Virus record (IMG/VR): IMGVR_UViG_2974670102_000001
Coordinates: 32,001-96,000 of that record
Reading direction: 5' to 3' (one strand)
Source of the DNA: a virus
Taxonomy: Duplodnaviria > Caudoviricetes
Length of the DNA stretch: 64,000 nt
Shown here piece after piece: positions 1-9,439 of the stretch (its first letter is position 1; each line of letters opens with the position of its first letter). Both the position numbers and the translations under genes were made by a program. Under the pieces are notes generated by a model. It was not told the DNA's origin. It made no database searches and worked only from the letters and a program-made list of their open reading frames with translations.

Positions 1-72
1 CTCCTTCTCTATTCTCAGGTGAATGGTAGCCAGAATACTAACGTATTTACTACATCACGTCAACGCCAAAAT

Positions 73-107
73 AAAACCCCGGGAAGCCGAAGCCGCCCGG
101 GGTTTTT
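73..107. terminator. Rho-independent terminator-like hairpin, probably bidirectional
   Basis: AAAACCCCGGG...CCCGGGGTTTTT inverted repeat with A and T tails. Confidence 0.75.
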
Positions 108-205
108 ATCTACTACTCGTCTCGATCAACCGCGCGGACGAATGTCCTGCGGTGACAAGCTGCGTCCGTGAATGGGTCGACGGTCGCTACGGACAATGCC
201 CGCTT

Positions 206-373
206 TCATACGTTCTCCAAGAGGTGAACAGAGTTCAGTTTGAAGAGAGCCCCACGCTCGTTCAGGAGTCGGAACAATCGGTTAAACGCCGATGTTCGTG
301 AGCGTGCGTCCACGCTCTCCCGCGTTTCAGTGCCGTCAATAACGACCATGAACTCGAACAGCTTATGCATCAT
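206..373 (-). CDS. small hypothetical protein (55 aa, MMHKLFEF...)
   Basis: Translated manually; GGAGG RBS upstream of the ATG; too short for the supplied ORF track. Confidence 0.45.
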   Translation of the reverse strand: MMHKLFEFMVVIDGTETRESVDARSRTSAFNRLFRLLNERGALFKLNSVHLLENV

Positions 374-453
374 GATGGGGCCTCCGTGGTGTTTACATTC
401 TGTACTCTTTGGGTGGTTGAGGGGAACTACTAACGAGTTGCAGTGTTACGCGC

Positions 454-1194
454 TCAGGCCGTCGCGTCTTCGTTGACCTGATCGATAACCATGCGCAGGT
501 ACGCAGGGTCATACGAGTACAGTTGCTTCCAGTACTCGATGGCTTGCTGCTTGTCGGCGCGGCTGATGCCAGCCTGCACCATCTTGTCGGCAAACGACTT
601 GGGGATCGGGGCACGCACGATGGACGCCACCATCTTGTTGTCGACGATGACCGCATTGTCCGATGCATGGCTCACGACCTGCACCTTCTCCGCGTTCGCG
701 GCGATGGCAAAGCCGTAGTCCATGTCGCCCGACTGGCTGACGTAGGCCACGAATTCACCCGGAACAGCCGAGGCCGTCGTGATGTGGCGCAGGCCCGGAA
801 CGTCGGTACGGCGCTTCGTGCTTGCCTGAATCAGTTCGCTCAGGTCTTCGTTGCCGTGGCGTGCCAGATACGTGCCACCCTTGCCGGTCTTCACTTCCCA
901 GAGGCTGTCGTCAGCGTCCGAGGTCATGATGTTCGAGGAACCGACGACACGGTAGCTGGCGCGCAGTTCCTGCGGGTCGACGACGCGGACTTCGCGGTTC
1001 GCGCGCATGAAGCCCACGGCAACGCCTGCGCGGACTTCACGGAACGAGTCTTCGACCGGTGCGGCCTTGGCCTCGAACTTCTCGGTCAGCGACGCCCGCA
1101 GCGTCTCCTTGTTGAATTTGCCTGTGAACGCGATGACGACGCGCGCCAGCTTCGGGCTCACGAGATCGTAGTCGGTAATCGAAACGGTTTGCAT
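454..1194 (-). CDS. hypothetical protein, probably virion-associated
   Basis: 246 aa ORF, AAGGA RBS, AATTTAA late-type motif upstream. Confidence 0.7.
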   Translation of the reverse strand: MQTVSITDYDLVSPKLARVVIAFTGKFNKETLRASLTEKFEAKAAPVEDSFREVRAGVAVGFMRANREVRVVDPQELRASYRVVGSSNIMTSDADDSLWEVKTGKGGTYLARHGNEDLSELIQASTKRRTDVPGLRHITTASAVPGEFVAYVSQSGDMDYGFAIAANAEKVQVVSHASDNAVIVDNKMVASIVRAPIPKSFADKMVQAGISRADKQQAIEYWKQLYSYDPAYLRMVIDQVNEDATA

Positions 1195-1272
1195 GATGCT
1201 ATCCTTCTTGTGAAAGTATGGTGAGATTTTGCGAACCTCTTAGGAGTCCCGAAGAACTCACTGGGTATGCAA

Positions 1273-3003
1273 TTAAATTGCCTCTGGTGCCTTTTGCTGG
1301 GCTTCGTCCTGCTTAGCCACGGCCTCGATTGCTGCGTCCCACGCCTCTGCCGGAATGTCTCCGGAAGCTGCGTAGTCAGCCAGCGCTTCGATCAGGGAGT
1401 TGAGCGCTTCGACGTTCGACTCGGTGCCCGCACTCTTGTTCGTCAGCCCCTGACCTCCTTGGCCCGGGATGTCGATGTCGATTAGACGGAGCGCAGCGGT
1501 CACGGTAGCGGACTGGCGTGCGCCGTCGATTCCGAGTTCGTCGATCTCACGCTTCAGCAGTTCATGCCACTCTTGCTGTGACACGGGAACCCACTCGCAC
1601 TTGAAGTACCCCATCCCGGACTCTGCTTCGTCGAGACCCGCAAGTGCCGAGTGCGCTATTGTCCACAACCGCTCCGGGCCCAGATACTGTAGAGCCATGA
1701 AGAGAAGGGCACCTACAGGGCCCAGCTTCTCGATGGCTTCACGCATCGACGAGGATTGCAGCAGTTCGGCCATGATGCGGGCCGCTGTGTCTTGGCCACC
1801 AGACTGCTCGACTGCGGCACGGCGTAGCGCCGCGATCTTGCCGTTTGCGTCCGGCATATCGTGCATGATAGCCTTGGCCAGATTGCCTGAGTGTGCGCGC
1901 AGGTGGCCTGCGGCGTTTACACGGTCTTCGGAGCCGGGGGCGGTGCCGCCGTTGGCGATGAAGGCTTGTGCTTCACGCGCAAGCTTCGTCATTGCCACGC
2001 CTGCACGATCACCGCGTGGCGAGTACGGTGCGGAAGCGGGCCCGGGACCGTGCGTAGGCTTCGAACCAGCAGGGTGCGAAGGCGCGATATTGGGTGCTGG
2101 CTGAGCCGGACGCGGATTCTCGCGCTCGCGCTTCGTCTCCTTATCCTGCACGCCAACCCCGTGACCCTGACCGTACTCTTGCGCATACTTGCTCTTGGGG
2201 TGCTCCTTGACATACCGCTGTCGCATTTCCGGGGTCATGAATTCCCACCACTCGTCCTTCGGATCGTAGGTGTCCGAATGCTGGGAGTTCGGATGCGTCT
2301 CCGTGTACTTCTGACGCTGCTGCGGCGTCATGTTCCCCCACCAGTCCTCACCCTTGGCTGTGACCAGAAGGCGCGCTACCGCTTGCATATTCGTACTCCC
2401 ATTTTCGTCGTCGGTCTCCAGCCCGGAGCGAACGCGCGAGCGCTTTACGGGCTTACGCTTTGGCACACGCGGCTTGTAATCTGTCTTGGTGGTTTCGGCC
2501 AGCGCAAAGTCACTGCCGTAGGCGCGCTTGCGATCCTCGGCAGAGCGACGCTGCTCCGGCGTCAGCGATTTCCACTCCTTCTCCGGCATGTACACGTAGG
2601 TGCTCTTGTCCTTCCAGTAGCCATAAGGTGAGAACTGCTGCTTGGAGTTCAGCATAGCCTGCGTGTACTTGAACTTAACCTTACGCTTGGAGCCGTCTAT
2701 CAACTTGAACTCTGCACCGCTAGGCAGTCCGTTCTTGTTGTAGAAGACTCGCTTAGGAGTGCCACCCAAAGCCTCAACAAACCAGCCCCGTATCTTGGAG
2801 CTAAGTGTCTCCACGGCCACAGGGTCGAGTTCGTCGGACTCCAGTTCAACGTCACGCTCGTCAGGTTTAGCCCCGGGATGAAATCCCTGCGCGTACTTGG
2901 AATGTGGATGCTCCTTCAGGTATTCGCGCTTCTGAAAGTCAGATAGCGAATCGAACCACGTGGCAGACTCTACCAGCCGATGTTTCGCTGTGATAGTCGT
3001 CAT
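1273..3003 (-). CDS. putative internal head protein with WxxL/MxxxQxxxYxxxHPxSKY repeats
   Basis: 576 aa; 3 full and 1 partial W...Y...HPxS repeats; three AxxRL motifs; in-frame internal ATG at 2388 with GGGAG RBS. Confidence 0.6.
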   Translation of the reverse strand: MTTITAKHRLVESATWFDSLSDFQKREYLKEHPHSKYAQGFHPGAKPDERDVELESDELDPVAVETLSSKIRGWFVEALGGTPKRVFYNKNGLPSGAEFKLIDGSKRKVKFKYTQAMLNSKQQFSPYGYWKDKSTYVYMPEKEWKSLTPEQRRSAEDRKRAYGSDFALAETTKTDYKPRVPKRKPVKRSRVRSGLETDDENGSTNMQAVARLLVTAKGEDWWGNMTPQQRQKYTETHPNSQHSDTYDPKDEWWEFMTPEMRQRYVKEHPKSKYAQEYGQGHGVGVQDKETKRERENPRPAQPAPNIAPSHPAGSKPTHGPGPASAPYSPRGDRAGVAMTKLAREAQAFIANGGTAPGSEDRVNAAGHLRAHSGNLAKAIMHDMPDANGKIAALRRAAVEQSGGQDTAARIMAELLQSSSMREAIEKLGPVGALLFMALQYLGPERLWTIAHSALAGLDEAESGMGYFKCEWVPVSQQEWHELLKREIDELGIDGARQSATVTAALRLIDIDIPGQGGQGLTNKSAGTESNVEALNSLIEALADYAASGDIPAEAWDAAIEAVAKQDEAQQKAPEAI

Positions 3004-3060
3004 TGTCTAATCCTTATGAAAAACAGGGCAATCTAATGCCCCGCTCCTTATTTACGAGGA

Positions 3061-3564
3061 TCAGTCGATCAGGTAGTCGAAGGCCCACGTGATGTTGAGG
3101 GTAACGAGGTTCGAGGCCGAGCCATCGAGTTCCACGTCTGCAACCGAAGCAGGCCACAGGCCGACGACGGTGATGGTGCGGCTCACTTCCGGCAGATCGT
3201 TGTACACCACAAGCTGAGCCGTACACTTGTAGGCGCTTGCAAACGAGCCGCTGTTGTTGAGCCACGAGCGCGTCATTTCGGACCACGCGTAGAACTGCGC
3301 ACGCGTGTTCCAGTCGCTCGATTCCATGAACGTAGTGTTGAACGTGTGTTCGAAGGTCTTGCGGCCCGCGTACACGAGTTCAACGCCGTGCAGTGGGACG
3401 GTCACGCGGTCCATCGAGAAGCCGGGGAGCGCGGTGCTCATGCACTTCCACGTGAGGGCGCGCGTGTCGCTCGAACCCGGGATCGCAGGCAGGAACAAGT
3501 CAAAGTTCCACGACTGCGCCGGGTCAGCTACGGCCTGAACGTCATACAGGCTAGAACGTGCCAT
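3061..3564 (-). CDS. tail tube protein (T4 gp19-like)
   Basis: 167 aa close downstream of the sheath; LPG...YAGR...WPASV.DVELD...TWAFDY pattern typical of contractile tail tubes. Confidence 0.85.
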   Translation of the reverse strand: MARSSLYDVQAVADPAQSWNFDLFLPAIPGSSDTRALTWKCMSTALPGFSMDRVTVPLHGVELVYAGRKTFEHTFNTTFMESSDWNTRAQFYAWSEMTRSWLNNSGSFASAYKCTAQLVVYNDLPEVSRTITVVGLWPASVADVELDGSASNLVTLNITWAFDYLID

Positions 3565-3606
3565 AATTGTACTCCATGTTGAATTGGTTAGGTCTGCACG
3601 ATAAAA

Positions 3607-3960
3607 TTAACCGCCAGAGCCTACGGGCTGCACCGTACGATTCCACAGCGGATCAGGATCAAAACCACCAGACTGCCCAACGGGCAACGGTGTGTCGTCC
3701 ACGGCATCGTCGAACCCGGGGTTCGGTTTCATGTCGTGCTTGATCTGCGTGTTGTTGTACATGCTGTGGTTCAGGTCTTCGGCCATCAGTCGATGCGCTG
3801 CCTTGGTGGGCGCATGTTTCTCTGGGGCCTCGTCGCTGGCGTCGGTTTGCCTTTCGTTGAGATCGTTTTGGTTCTCCGGCCCGTACGAGCGCCCGGGAGC
3901 GATTGTGTCTCCCGGGATCGTGGACGTGGCCAGCAACCTGGTGGCTGCTTCGAGTTTCAT
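3607..3960 (-). CDS. small acidic putative head protein with two AAxRL motifs
   Basis: 117 aa, MKLEAATRLLAT and TKAAHRLMAE. Confidence 0.7.
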   Translation of the reverse strand: MKLEAATRLLATSTIPGDTIAPGRSYGPENQNDLNERQTDASDEAPEKHAPTKAAHRLMAEDLNHSMYNNTQIKHDMKPNPGFDDAVDDTPLPVGQSGGFDPDPLWNRTVQPVGSGG

Positions 3961-4002
3961 TCGGTGTCCTATTCAAAAACGGGGGCCAAGTGCCCCCGTT
4001 GC

Positions 4003-6000
4003 TTAGCGACCAGCCACCGACGACAGCGCTTCCGTGAACGACACACCCTGCTTGCTGATCACGACCTGCAAGTTGATGATGTGGATCGGGATCACCGGGA
4101 TGATGATGACCGTCACGTTGCGGATACCGCTGTTGAAGTCCTGCGCCGTGTTGTTCGAAGCATCCGACACCACCTTGAAGTCCGAGATACCCCGCGCGTT
4201 CTTGATGGTTTGCAGGTAGTCCGAGCACGACTGCACGATCTGACGACCCGTGAAGTCGTCGTTGGGCTCTTGCAGCGAGTACAGCAGGAACTGATAGAGC
4301 GCAACCTTGATCACGTTCACGATCCGGCGTACCGACAGCCACGACAGCGCGCTCATTTGCGCAGCCAGAGTCTGTTGTTCCCACAGCGCAGTGCCTTGAC
4401 CCACGAACGTCTGCGTGTAGTTGACTTGCGCTTGGAACAGGGCGTCCATCTGGCCTTGGTCGTACGTGTAGCGCGTACCCAGCACGTTGACGATGCCTCG
4501 GTTGAGGCCAGCAATCGAGAACGACGGGTTGGCCACGCGGTCGGTACGGGCGCACAGCGCAGCCGCCCAACCCGAGAACGGCACGTACTGTTGCTTGCCG
4601 TTGATCGTGTCGGCCTCCAAGACATCCGGGCAGAACAGCGCCGAGTACGTCGAGTTCAGGTTCAGTCGCAGGTTGCGATAGTTGATCGCTTGCTGGAACT
4701 GTTGCGAGTTCGACGGAACGTCAAGTAGTGCTACGCAATCGCCACGCTGCTGTGCAAGCGTATCCATTGCCAACTGAACGTCCGGGCTGCTGTGGCCCGA
4801 GTTGAGCAGGATGTTCACCTTGTACAGTTGCTTGTTCGCGAACACGTTCCACGCACCTGCCACTGCGGTCGACAGCGGAGCGGACCCCGAGTTACCCCCA
4901 GCCATTGCCTGCGGGCCGGTGCTCGTGATCACGGGCAGGGGCTGCGCCGGGTCCATCAGCGGCACGTACGAGGTGACGCGGATGTACTGCGAGAACGGGT
5001 TGATGGCCTGTTCGAGTTCTGTTTCCAGCCCCGTGCTGTCCGTGTAATCGGTCAGCGAGCACGTGAATTGCTCAACCGGGTACTGGTCACTGCGGCTCTG
5101 CAAGAAGACCGAGACACCGAATGTCGGGGGCGCGGCTGCTGCCTTCGACGGGTCGGTGATCGGCGGTTGCGTCGTGTCCGGAACAATCGAACCGTCGTCC
5201 GTGAACGTGATGTAGCTGTCGCCAGACTGCCCGACAGTGATCATGTAGCCCATGTTGTTGGCACCTTGCGTGCGGCCGTACACCTTGTAGCCTTGCGCGC
5301 CAGCAACGGGTTTCCAGTTCAGCACCACCTTGTTGGTGTTGGTGCCACCGGTCGCGATGACGATGGTCTGCGCCGACGACGCGACAGTTTCACCGTTGGG
5401 GCCGATGGTCGACACCTGATATTGGTACGTTCCAGCGGGCAGGATGCCGCCCGTGGTAGCCGACGAGATCGGGAGCGTCGGGTCCGGAGCAACCGGCCAT
5501 GCTGGAGCGGCCAACGCGCTGCTGCGGATCGCTACCATGTAGTCGTCCGCGTACGAACCCTGACCCTGACCCGGATAGAACAGGGCGATAGGGCGACGTG
5601 CTGTCGGTGCATACGTGCTCTTCAGCACGTCCCAACTTGGGATCGTCGGGTCCACGATGCCGCCCGTAATCGAAACGAGCTTCGTGCTACCGTCTTGCGC
5701 CTCGTAGGCCATGACCGCCGAGTACAGTGCGCCCGCGCCTGCAACACGGAGGGCCCAAAGCTGGCTGCCCTCCTTGAAGTAGTCGAGGCCGCAGTACACG
5801 TCGAACGAGATTTGCGCGTTCGGGTTGCCGTAGGCTGCGAGGTAGTCTTGTGCGTTCGTGTAGAGGACCGGCTTCGTCGTATCACCCTTGTTCGACACGA
5901 TGATCTGGGCGGCAACCGAAGTCGACGCCGCAGTGATCACCTGCGACAAGTTGATTTCTTGGACGATGACCTTGGAACCTTGATTTGCGGAAATCGGCAT
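4003..6000 (-). CDS. tail sheath protein (T4 gp18-like) with an inserted Ig/FN3-like domain
   Basis: 665 aa; YFKEGSQLWALRV N-terminal motif; RGDCVALLD, SIAGLNRG, LSVRR, EPND sheath C-terminal motifs. Confidence 0.93.
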   Translation of the reverse strand: MPISANQGSKVIVQEINLSQVITAASTSVAAQIIVSNKGDTTKPVLYTNAQDYLAAYGNPNAQISFDVYCGLDYFKEGSQLWALRVAGAGALYSAVMAYEAQDGSTKLVSITGGIVDPTIPSWDVLKSTYAPTARRPIALFYPGQGQGSYADDYMVAIRSSALAAPAWPVAPDPTLPISSATTGGILPAGTYQYQVSTIGPNGETVASSAQTIVIATGGTNTNKVVLNWKPVAGAQGYKVYGRTQGANNMGYMITVGQSGDSYITFTDDGSIVPDTTQPPITDPSKAAAAPPTFGVSVFLQSRSDQYPVEQFTCSLTDYTDSTGLETELEQAINPFSQYIRVTSYVPLMDPAQPLPVITSTGPQAMAGGNSGSAPLSTAVAGAWNVFANKQLYKVNILLNSGHSSPDVQLAMDTLAQQRGDCVALLDVPSNSQQFQQAINYRNLRLNLNSTYSALFCPDVLEADTINGKQQYVPFSGWAAALCARTDRVANPSFSIAGLNRGIVNVLGTRYTYDQGQMDALFQAQVNYTQTFVGQGTALWEQQTLAAQMSALSWLSVRRIVNVIKVALYQFLLYSLQEPNDDFTGRQIVQSCSDYLQTIKNARGISDFKVVSDASNNTAQDFNSGIRNVTVIIIPVIPIHIINLQVVISKQGVSFTEALSSVAGR

Positions 6001-6002
6001 GA

Positions 6003-6248
6003 TTACTCCTTGGTCAGTTGCGGAGCCGCCTTATCAGCGGGCTTCGCGATTTCGATTGCCGGTTCCGGGACCGACACCTGAACGCAACCCGGGTTCAGGG
6101 CGCACCAACGCGCACACACCGTGTAGCCGTCCGGCAGATCAACATAGCGGCGGGCCATGATGCGCACGGAGCCTGCTGCTTTGCCTGCCGTGTCCACCAA
6201 ATCCACCTGCTGCGGAATCCGGCTGATGTTATTCACTTTCGTAGCCAT
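6003..6248 (-). CDS. hypothetical protein
   Basis: 81 aa ORF with RBS, abutting the sheath gene. Confidence 0.65.
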   Translation of the reverse strand: MATKVNNISRIPQQVDLVDTAGKAAGSVRIMARRYVDLPDGYTVCARWCALNPGCVQVSVPEPAIEIAKPADKAAPQLTKE

Positions 6249-6279
6249 AAGGGCTCCTTAACTTTTAGCTTGTTCTTCA

Positions 6280-7002
6280 CTAACTGCGATCTGGGAACGC
6301 GAGAAACTGCGTGCCGCCAAGGCGCTCACCAGCTTGCAACTTCGGCTCGTGCACGACGGGAATGCCGTCGTCGTTCAGCACATTGATGGTGTTGATGACG
6401 CCTATCTCGCCCAACACGGGTTCACTCGAATAGCCATGGATCGTGGCGCTTACCACAACACCAAATGCAGTTTCGGTTTCCGTCACGTTCCCTAGCGATG
6501 GCGTAGTGATGCTCGAATCCAGAGTGACGCCAACACCGAACTTCAGGCGTCCGTATTGAACGCTTGACTTCAGATAGCCACCACGCCGGGCCAGCAACCA
6601 ACGCCGGGCGAACGCCATAACCGAGCCTTGCTCTACCGATTGGAACTGGTTCGTGACATACGTGATCTCGATCTCGAAATCCGTTGGGATCACGCGGACC
6701 GTTTGTACGGTCGACCCCGAGTTCACGTTCACGAACATGCCACGGCGCATCAGGTTGTGCGGGTTGTAGGACTCCGTATTTTCCGAGACCTTCTTGACCT
6801 CGAAGAAAGCATACGGATAACTGAAGTTCTTGTTGCCCTTACCGAACAGGCGCTCCATAACCACGGCCTTGTCATTCGAGTTTACGAACGCGGTCTTGGC
6901 GCAGTCGAACGTCTGCTGGAAGCGCTGCTGAAACCCTGCGAACACGAGGTAGTCGATGGGTTCTATTGTTGTTGATGCCATGCTGGCCTCCAGATACGAC
7001 AA
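6280..7002 (-). CDS. putative tail terminator / tail completion protein (gp15-like)
   Basis: Position between capsid and sheath; YPYAFF...IPTDFEIEITY...ATIHGY pattern; start uncertain (ATG at 6981 possible). Confidence 0.55.
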   Translation of the reverse strand: MSYLEASMASTTIEPIDYLVFAGFQQRFQQTFDCAKTAFVNSNDKAVVMERLFGKGNKNFSYPYAFFEVKKVSENTESYNPHNLMRRGMFVNVNSGSTVQTVRVIPTDFEIEITYVTNQFQSVEQGSVMAFARRWLLARRGGYLKSSVQYGRLKFGVGVTLDSSITTPSLGNVTETETAFGVVVSATIHGYSSEPVLGEIGVINTINVLNDDGIPVVHEPKLQAGERLGGTQFLAFPDRS

Positions 7003-7035
7003 AAGCCCGACGGCTTGAAGACCGACGGGCTTTTG
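7001..7035 (-). terminator. terminator-like hairpin
   Basis: AAAAGCCCG...CGGGCTTTT. Confidence 0.65.
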
Positions 7036-7037
7036 GG

Positions 7038-7391
7038 TTACTTCTGCACCAGAGCGGCCAGAGTCGCTTGGAATTCAGCGGCGTCCGCGTCGGTGGCCGA
7101 AGCTTCCGCGTGGCCTGCCTCGTCGTCCAGACCGAGTTCTGCGCGGTCAGCGCCGAGCGCTGCGAGCACGCGGTTTTCCGGGTTCGCGGCAGCTTCTGCC
7201 TTCACACGGTCCCGTTCTGCCTGCGCCGTTGCGTAGGCGTGGCCGTTCGAAGCTTCGATGATTGCCAGAGCGCGGGTTGCGTCCGGAGCCGTGCACGCGT
7301 CTTGGAAGAACTTCGCAGCGGTCTTGATGCGACCCTTCTGCATGTTGTCCATAGCCAGTGCAACGAAATCGAGCGAGCGATTGTAGTTCAT
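7038..7391 (-). CDS. hypothetical head-associated protein
   Basis: 117 aa Ala-rich ORF with AGGAG RBS, directly after the major capsid gene. Confidence 0.7.
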   Translation of the reverse strand: MNYNRSLDFVALAMDNMQKGRIKTAAKFFQDACTAPDATRALAIIEASNGHAYATAQAERDRVKAEAAANPENRVLAALGADRAELGLDDEAGHAEASATDADAAEFQATLAALVQK

Positions 7392-7453
7392 TGCGTTCTC
7401 CTGAATGTTGTCCGATGTCTAAGTCAGAACCCGGGCGAACCCGGGCTCAGCGT

Positions 7454-8542
7454 TTAGACGCGCAGGCCAGCAGCCACCGAACGCGAGTTCGCGACCGAGA
7501 TAGCCAGCGACTCGAACATCACCCAGCCGCGACCCGGCACCTTCTCGATGCTGATGTCGATCGGCTGCGATTGCAGGCCGCCGCGATCCGAGTACGCACC
7601 GTGGTTCAGCGCGTCCGAGATCACGAAGAACTCGCCTTGATCCAGCACCTTGTGCTCGCGGTGACGGTACGCGTCCGACGTGATCGCGCAGCCGTACAGC
7701 GTACCGAGTTCACCGGTCAGCAGGAGTTCGTGACGCGCAACCGGGTCGATTGCCGTGAAGAAGTCCGAGTTGCCGATGATGTCCTGATACAGGTCCGACG
7801 CCATCAGAACGTGCGGTGCCTTCAGGCCCCAGCGCGTGACGTTCGTCATCACTTGCGCGAACGTGTACGGCGTGAGTTGGCCGCTGATGATCGAGAGCGG
7901 GTTGTCCACACCGATCAGTGCCTTGACCTGCGAATACCACAGACGGTCTTCACCGACCATGATTGCTTCGGTCGCTTCGACGTACTTCTCTTGCAGCACG
8001 TCACCGGCCGACTGGTTCAGTTCGTTCTGCGGAATGAACGGTCGCGTGACCAGTTGCAGTTCCGGCGGCGTGAACCACTTGTCGCGCGTGATCTGCGCCT
8101 GAATCTTCGTCGGGCTCGTCGAGTAGACGGCCGTCACGTTCTTCGTGCGCAGCGGGAAGCGAACGATTGCGCCTTGCTCCACGTCGATACGCGTCAGGTA
8201 CTTCCGTGCGAAGCCCTGACGGTTACACGTGATGTACAGCGAGTCGGCCATACGCTCGCCCAGCACGCGGTGCGCTTCGCTGTCGTTGAACGCAGCCTGC
8301 ACCAGTTCCTTGCTGATCTTCGCGCCTTGCTCTGCCGACGCGAACACTGCGTCGCTGGCGGTTTCACCGCGCGAGCTTGCTGCCAGAAACTCCATCTGGC
8401 GGTTCATGAGTTCGCGCTTGCTGCCCGCGTTCAGTTCACCGTTGTGGCCGACAGCGCGCTCGTTCGAGCCTTCGAAACGAAATTCGGAAGCTGCGACCAT
8501 GGGCTTCTTCGTCGCAGTCACTTGGATTTTGTTGGTACGCAT
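7454..8542 (-). CDS. major capsid protein (HK97 fold)
   Basis: 362 aa; gene order protease-scaffold-decoration-MCP; EDR spine helix and GELGTLYGCAI motif; strong codon bias; late motif upstream. Confidence 0.85.
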   Translation of the reverse strand: MRTNKIQVTATKKPMVAASEFRFEGSNERAVGHNGELNAGSKRELMNRQMEFLAASSRGETASDAVFASAEQGAKISKELVQAAFNDSEAHRVLGERMADSLYITCNRQGFARKYLTRIDVEQGAIVRFPLRTKNVTAVYSTSPTKIQAQITRDKWFTPPELQLVTRPFIPQNELNQSAGDVLQEKYVEATEAIMVGEDRLWYSQVKALIGVDNPLSIISGQLTPYTFAQVMTNVTRWGLKAPHVLMASDLYQDIIGNSDFFTAIDPVARHELLLTGELGTLYGCAITSDAYRHREHKVLDQGEFFVISDALNHGAYSDRGGLQSQPIDISIEKVPGRGWVMFESLAISVANSRSVAAGLRV

Positions 8543-8637
8543 ATGTTACTCCGTGTTGGTTGGGAGTCCCCGGCTTCGAGGACTCCTGAATTCATGTCGT
8601 TAGGACTGAATTAAAATTACCGATTGTGCGTCGCTGC

Positions 8638-9348
8638 TTAGTGAGCGTCGAACGACAGGCCGAGGAACGGAATGTCCGAACCCGGAACCGACAGGACGTA
8701 TGCGCCCGGAATCGGCGTGCCTGCGGGAGTCGTTGCAGCCGGGTCACCCATCGTGACTTGGCCGCCTGCGCCCATCAGGATCGTGTGTGCGGCGTCGCTG
8801 CCAGCGGCTTGCCAGTTCTGCGAAGCGTCGAACTGCGAGGTGAACACCGTACCGCGCGTGATCACGCCGATCTGGCCGATGTAGTCACCGATGTAGCCGC
8901 CCGGCTGCACGTCACCGAACAGCACGCGACGCTGCACTGCGGTCAGCGCGTACTTGTAGGTGACGGTCACCGTGTTGCCCGGCGTCAGGCCCGTGATCGA
9001 ATCGACAGCCAGCGTCGTGCCGGTTGCGGGTGCGTTTGCCGTCACGTCGAACGCGAAGTACTCCGTGTTGCTGATCGGTGCGAGCGACAGTTTGACCTTG
9101 CCGGTTGCCGGGACCAAGAAGGTCTCGACCTTGTTGTACGTCGGTTCCGGGAACGGTGCAGCCGACGTGCCTGCGAATGCGAAGCCACAGAACAGGTCCG
9201 TTGCTTGGCCGGTCGACGGGAACACGCCGTTGGCGGTATTGCCCTTGGCGCGTGCGACCACTTGGCCTTCAGCCGTGAACACCGATTGCGGCGCGACGTT
9301 CATTTCCGTGCTTTGCTCGATCTTGGTAGCGGGCAGGTAAAAAGACAT
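8638..9348 (-). CDS. head decoration / cement protein
   Basis: 236 aa beta-rich protein just upstream of MCP; IGVITRGTVFTSQFD and FLGLSF C-terminus typical of decoration proteins. Confidence 0.7.
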   Translation of the reverse strand: MSFYLPATKIEQSTEMNVAPQSVFTAEGQVVARAKGNTANGVFPSTGQATDLFCGFAFAGTSAAPFPEPTYNKVETFLVPATGKVKLSLAPISNTEYFAFDVTANAPATGTTLAVDSITGLTPGNTVTVTYKYALTAVQRRVLFGDVQPGGYIGDYIGQIGVITRGTVFTSQFDASQNWQAAGSDAAHTILMGAGGQVTMGDPAATTPAGTPIPGAYVLSVPGSDIPFLGLSFDAH

Positions 9349-9439
9349 GTGTTTTCTCCAGTTGAGATTTAGGCAGTAGAACTGACTTTTTCCTTTATTC
9401 GTCAGTTCTACTGTTCCCTTTTAAATTAGGGAAGGTGGA

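Noticed and set aside
23-476. Plus-strand ORFs 23..301 and 240..476
   Set aside because: 23..301 crosses a terminator hairpin, and both oppose a better-supported minus-strand ORF with an RBS.
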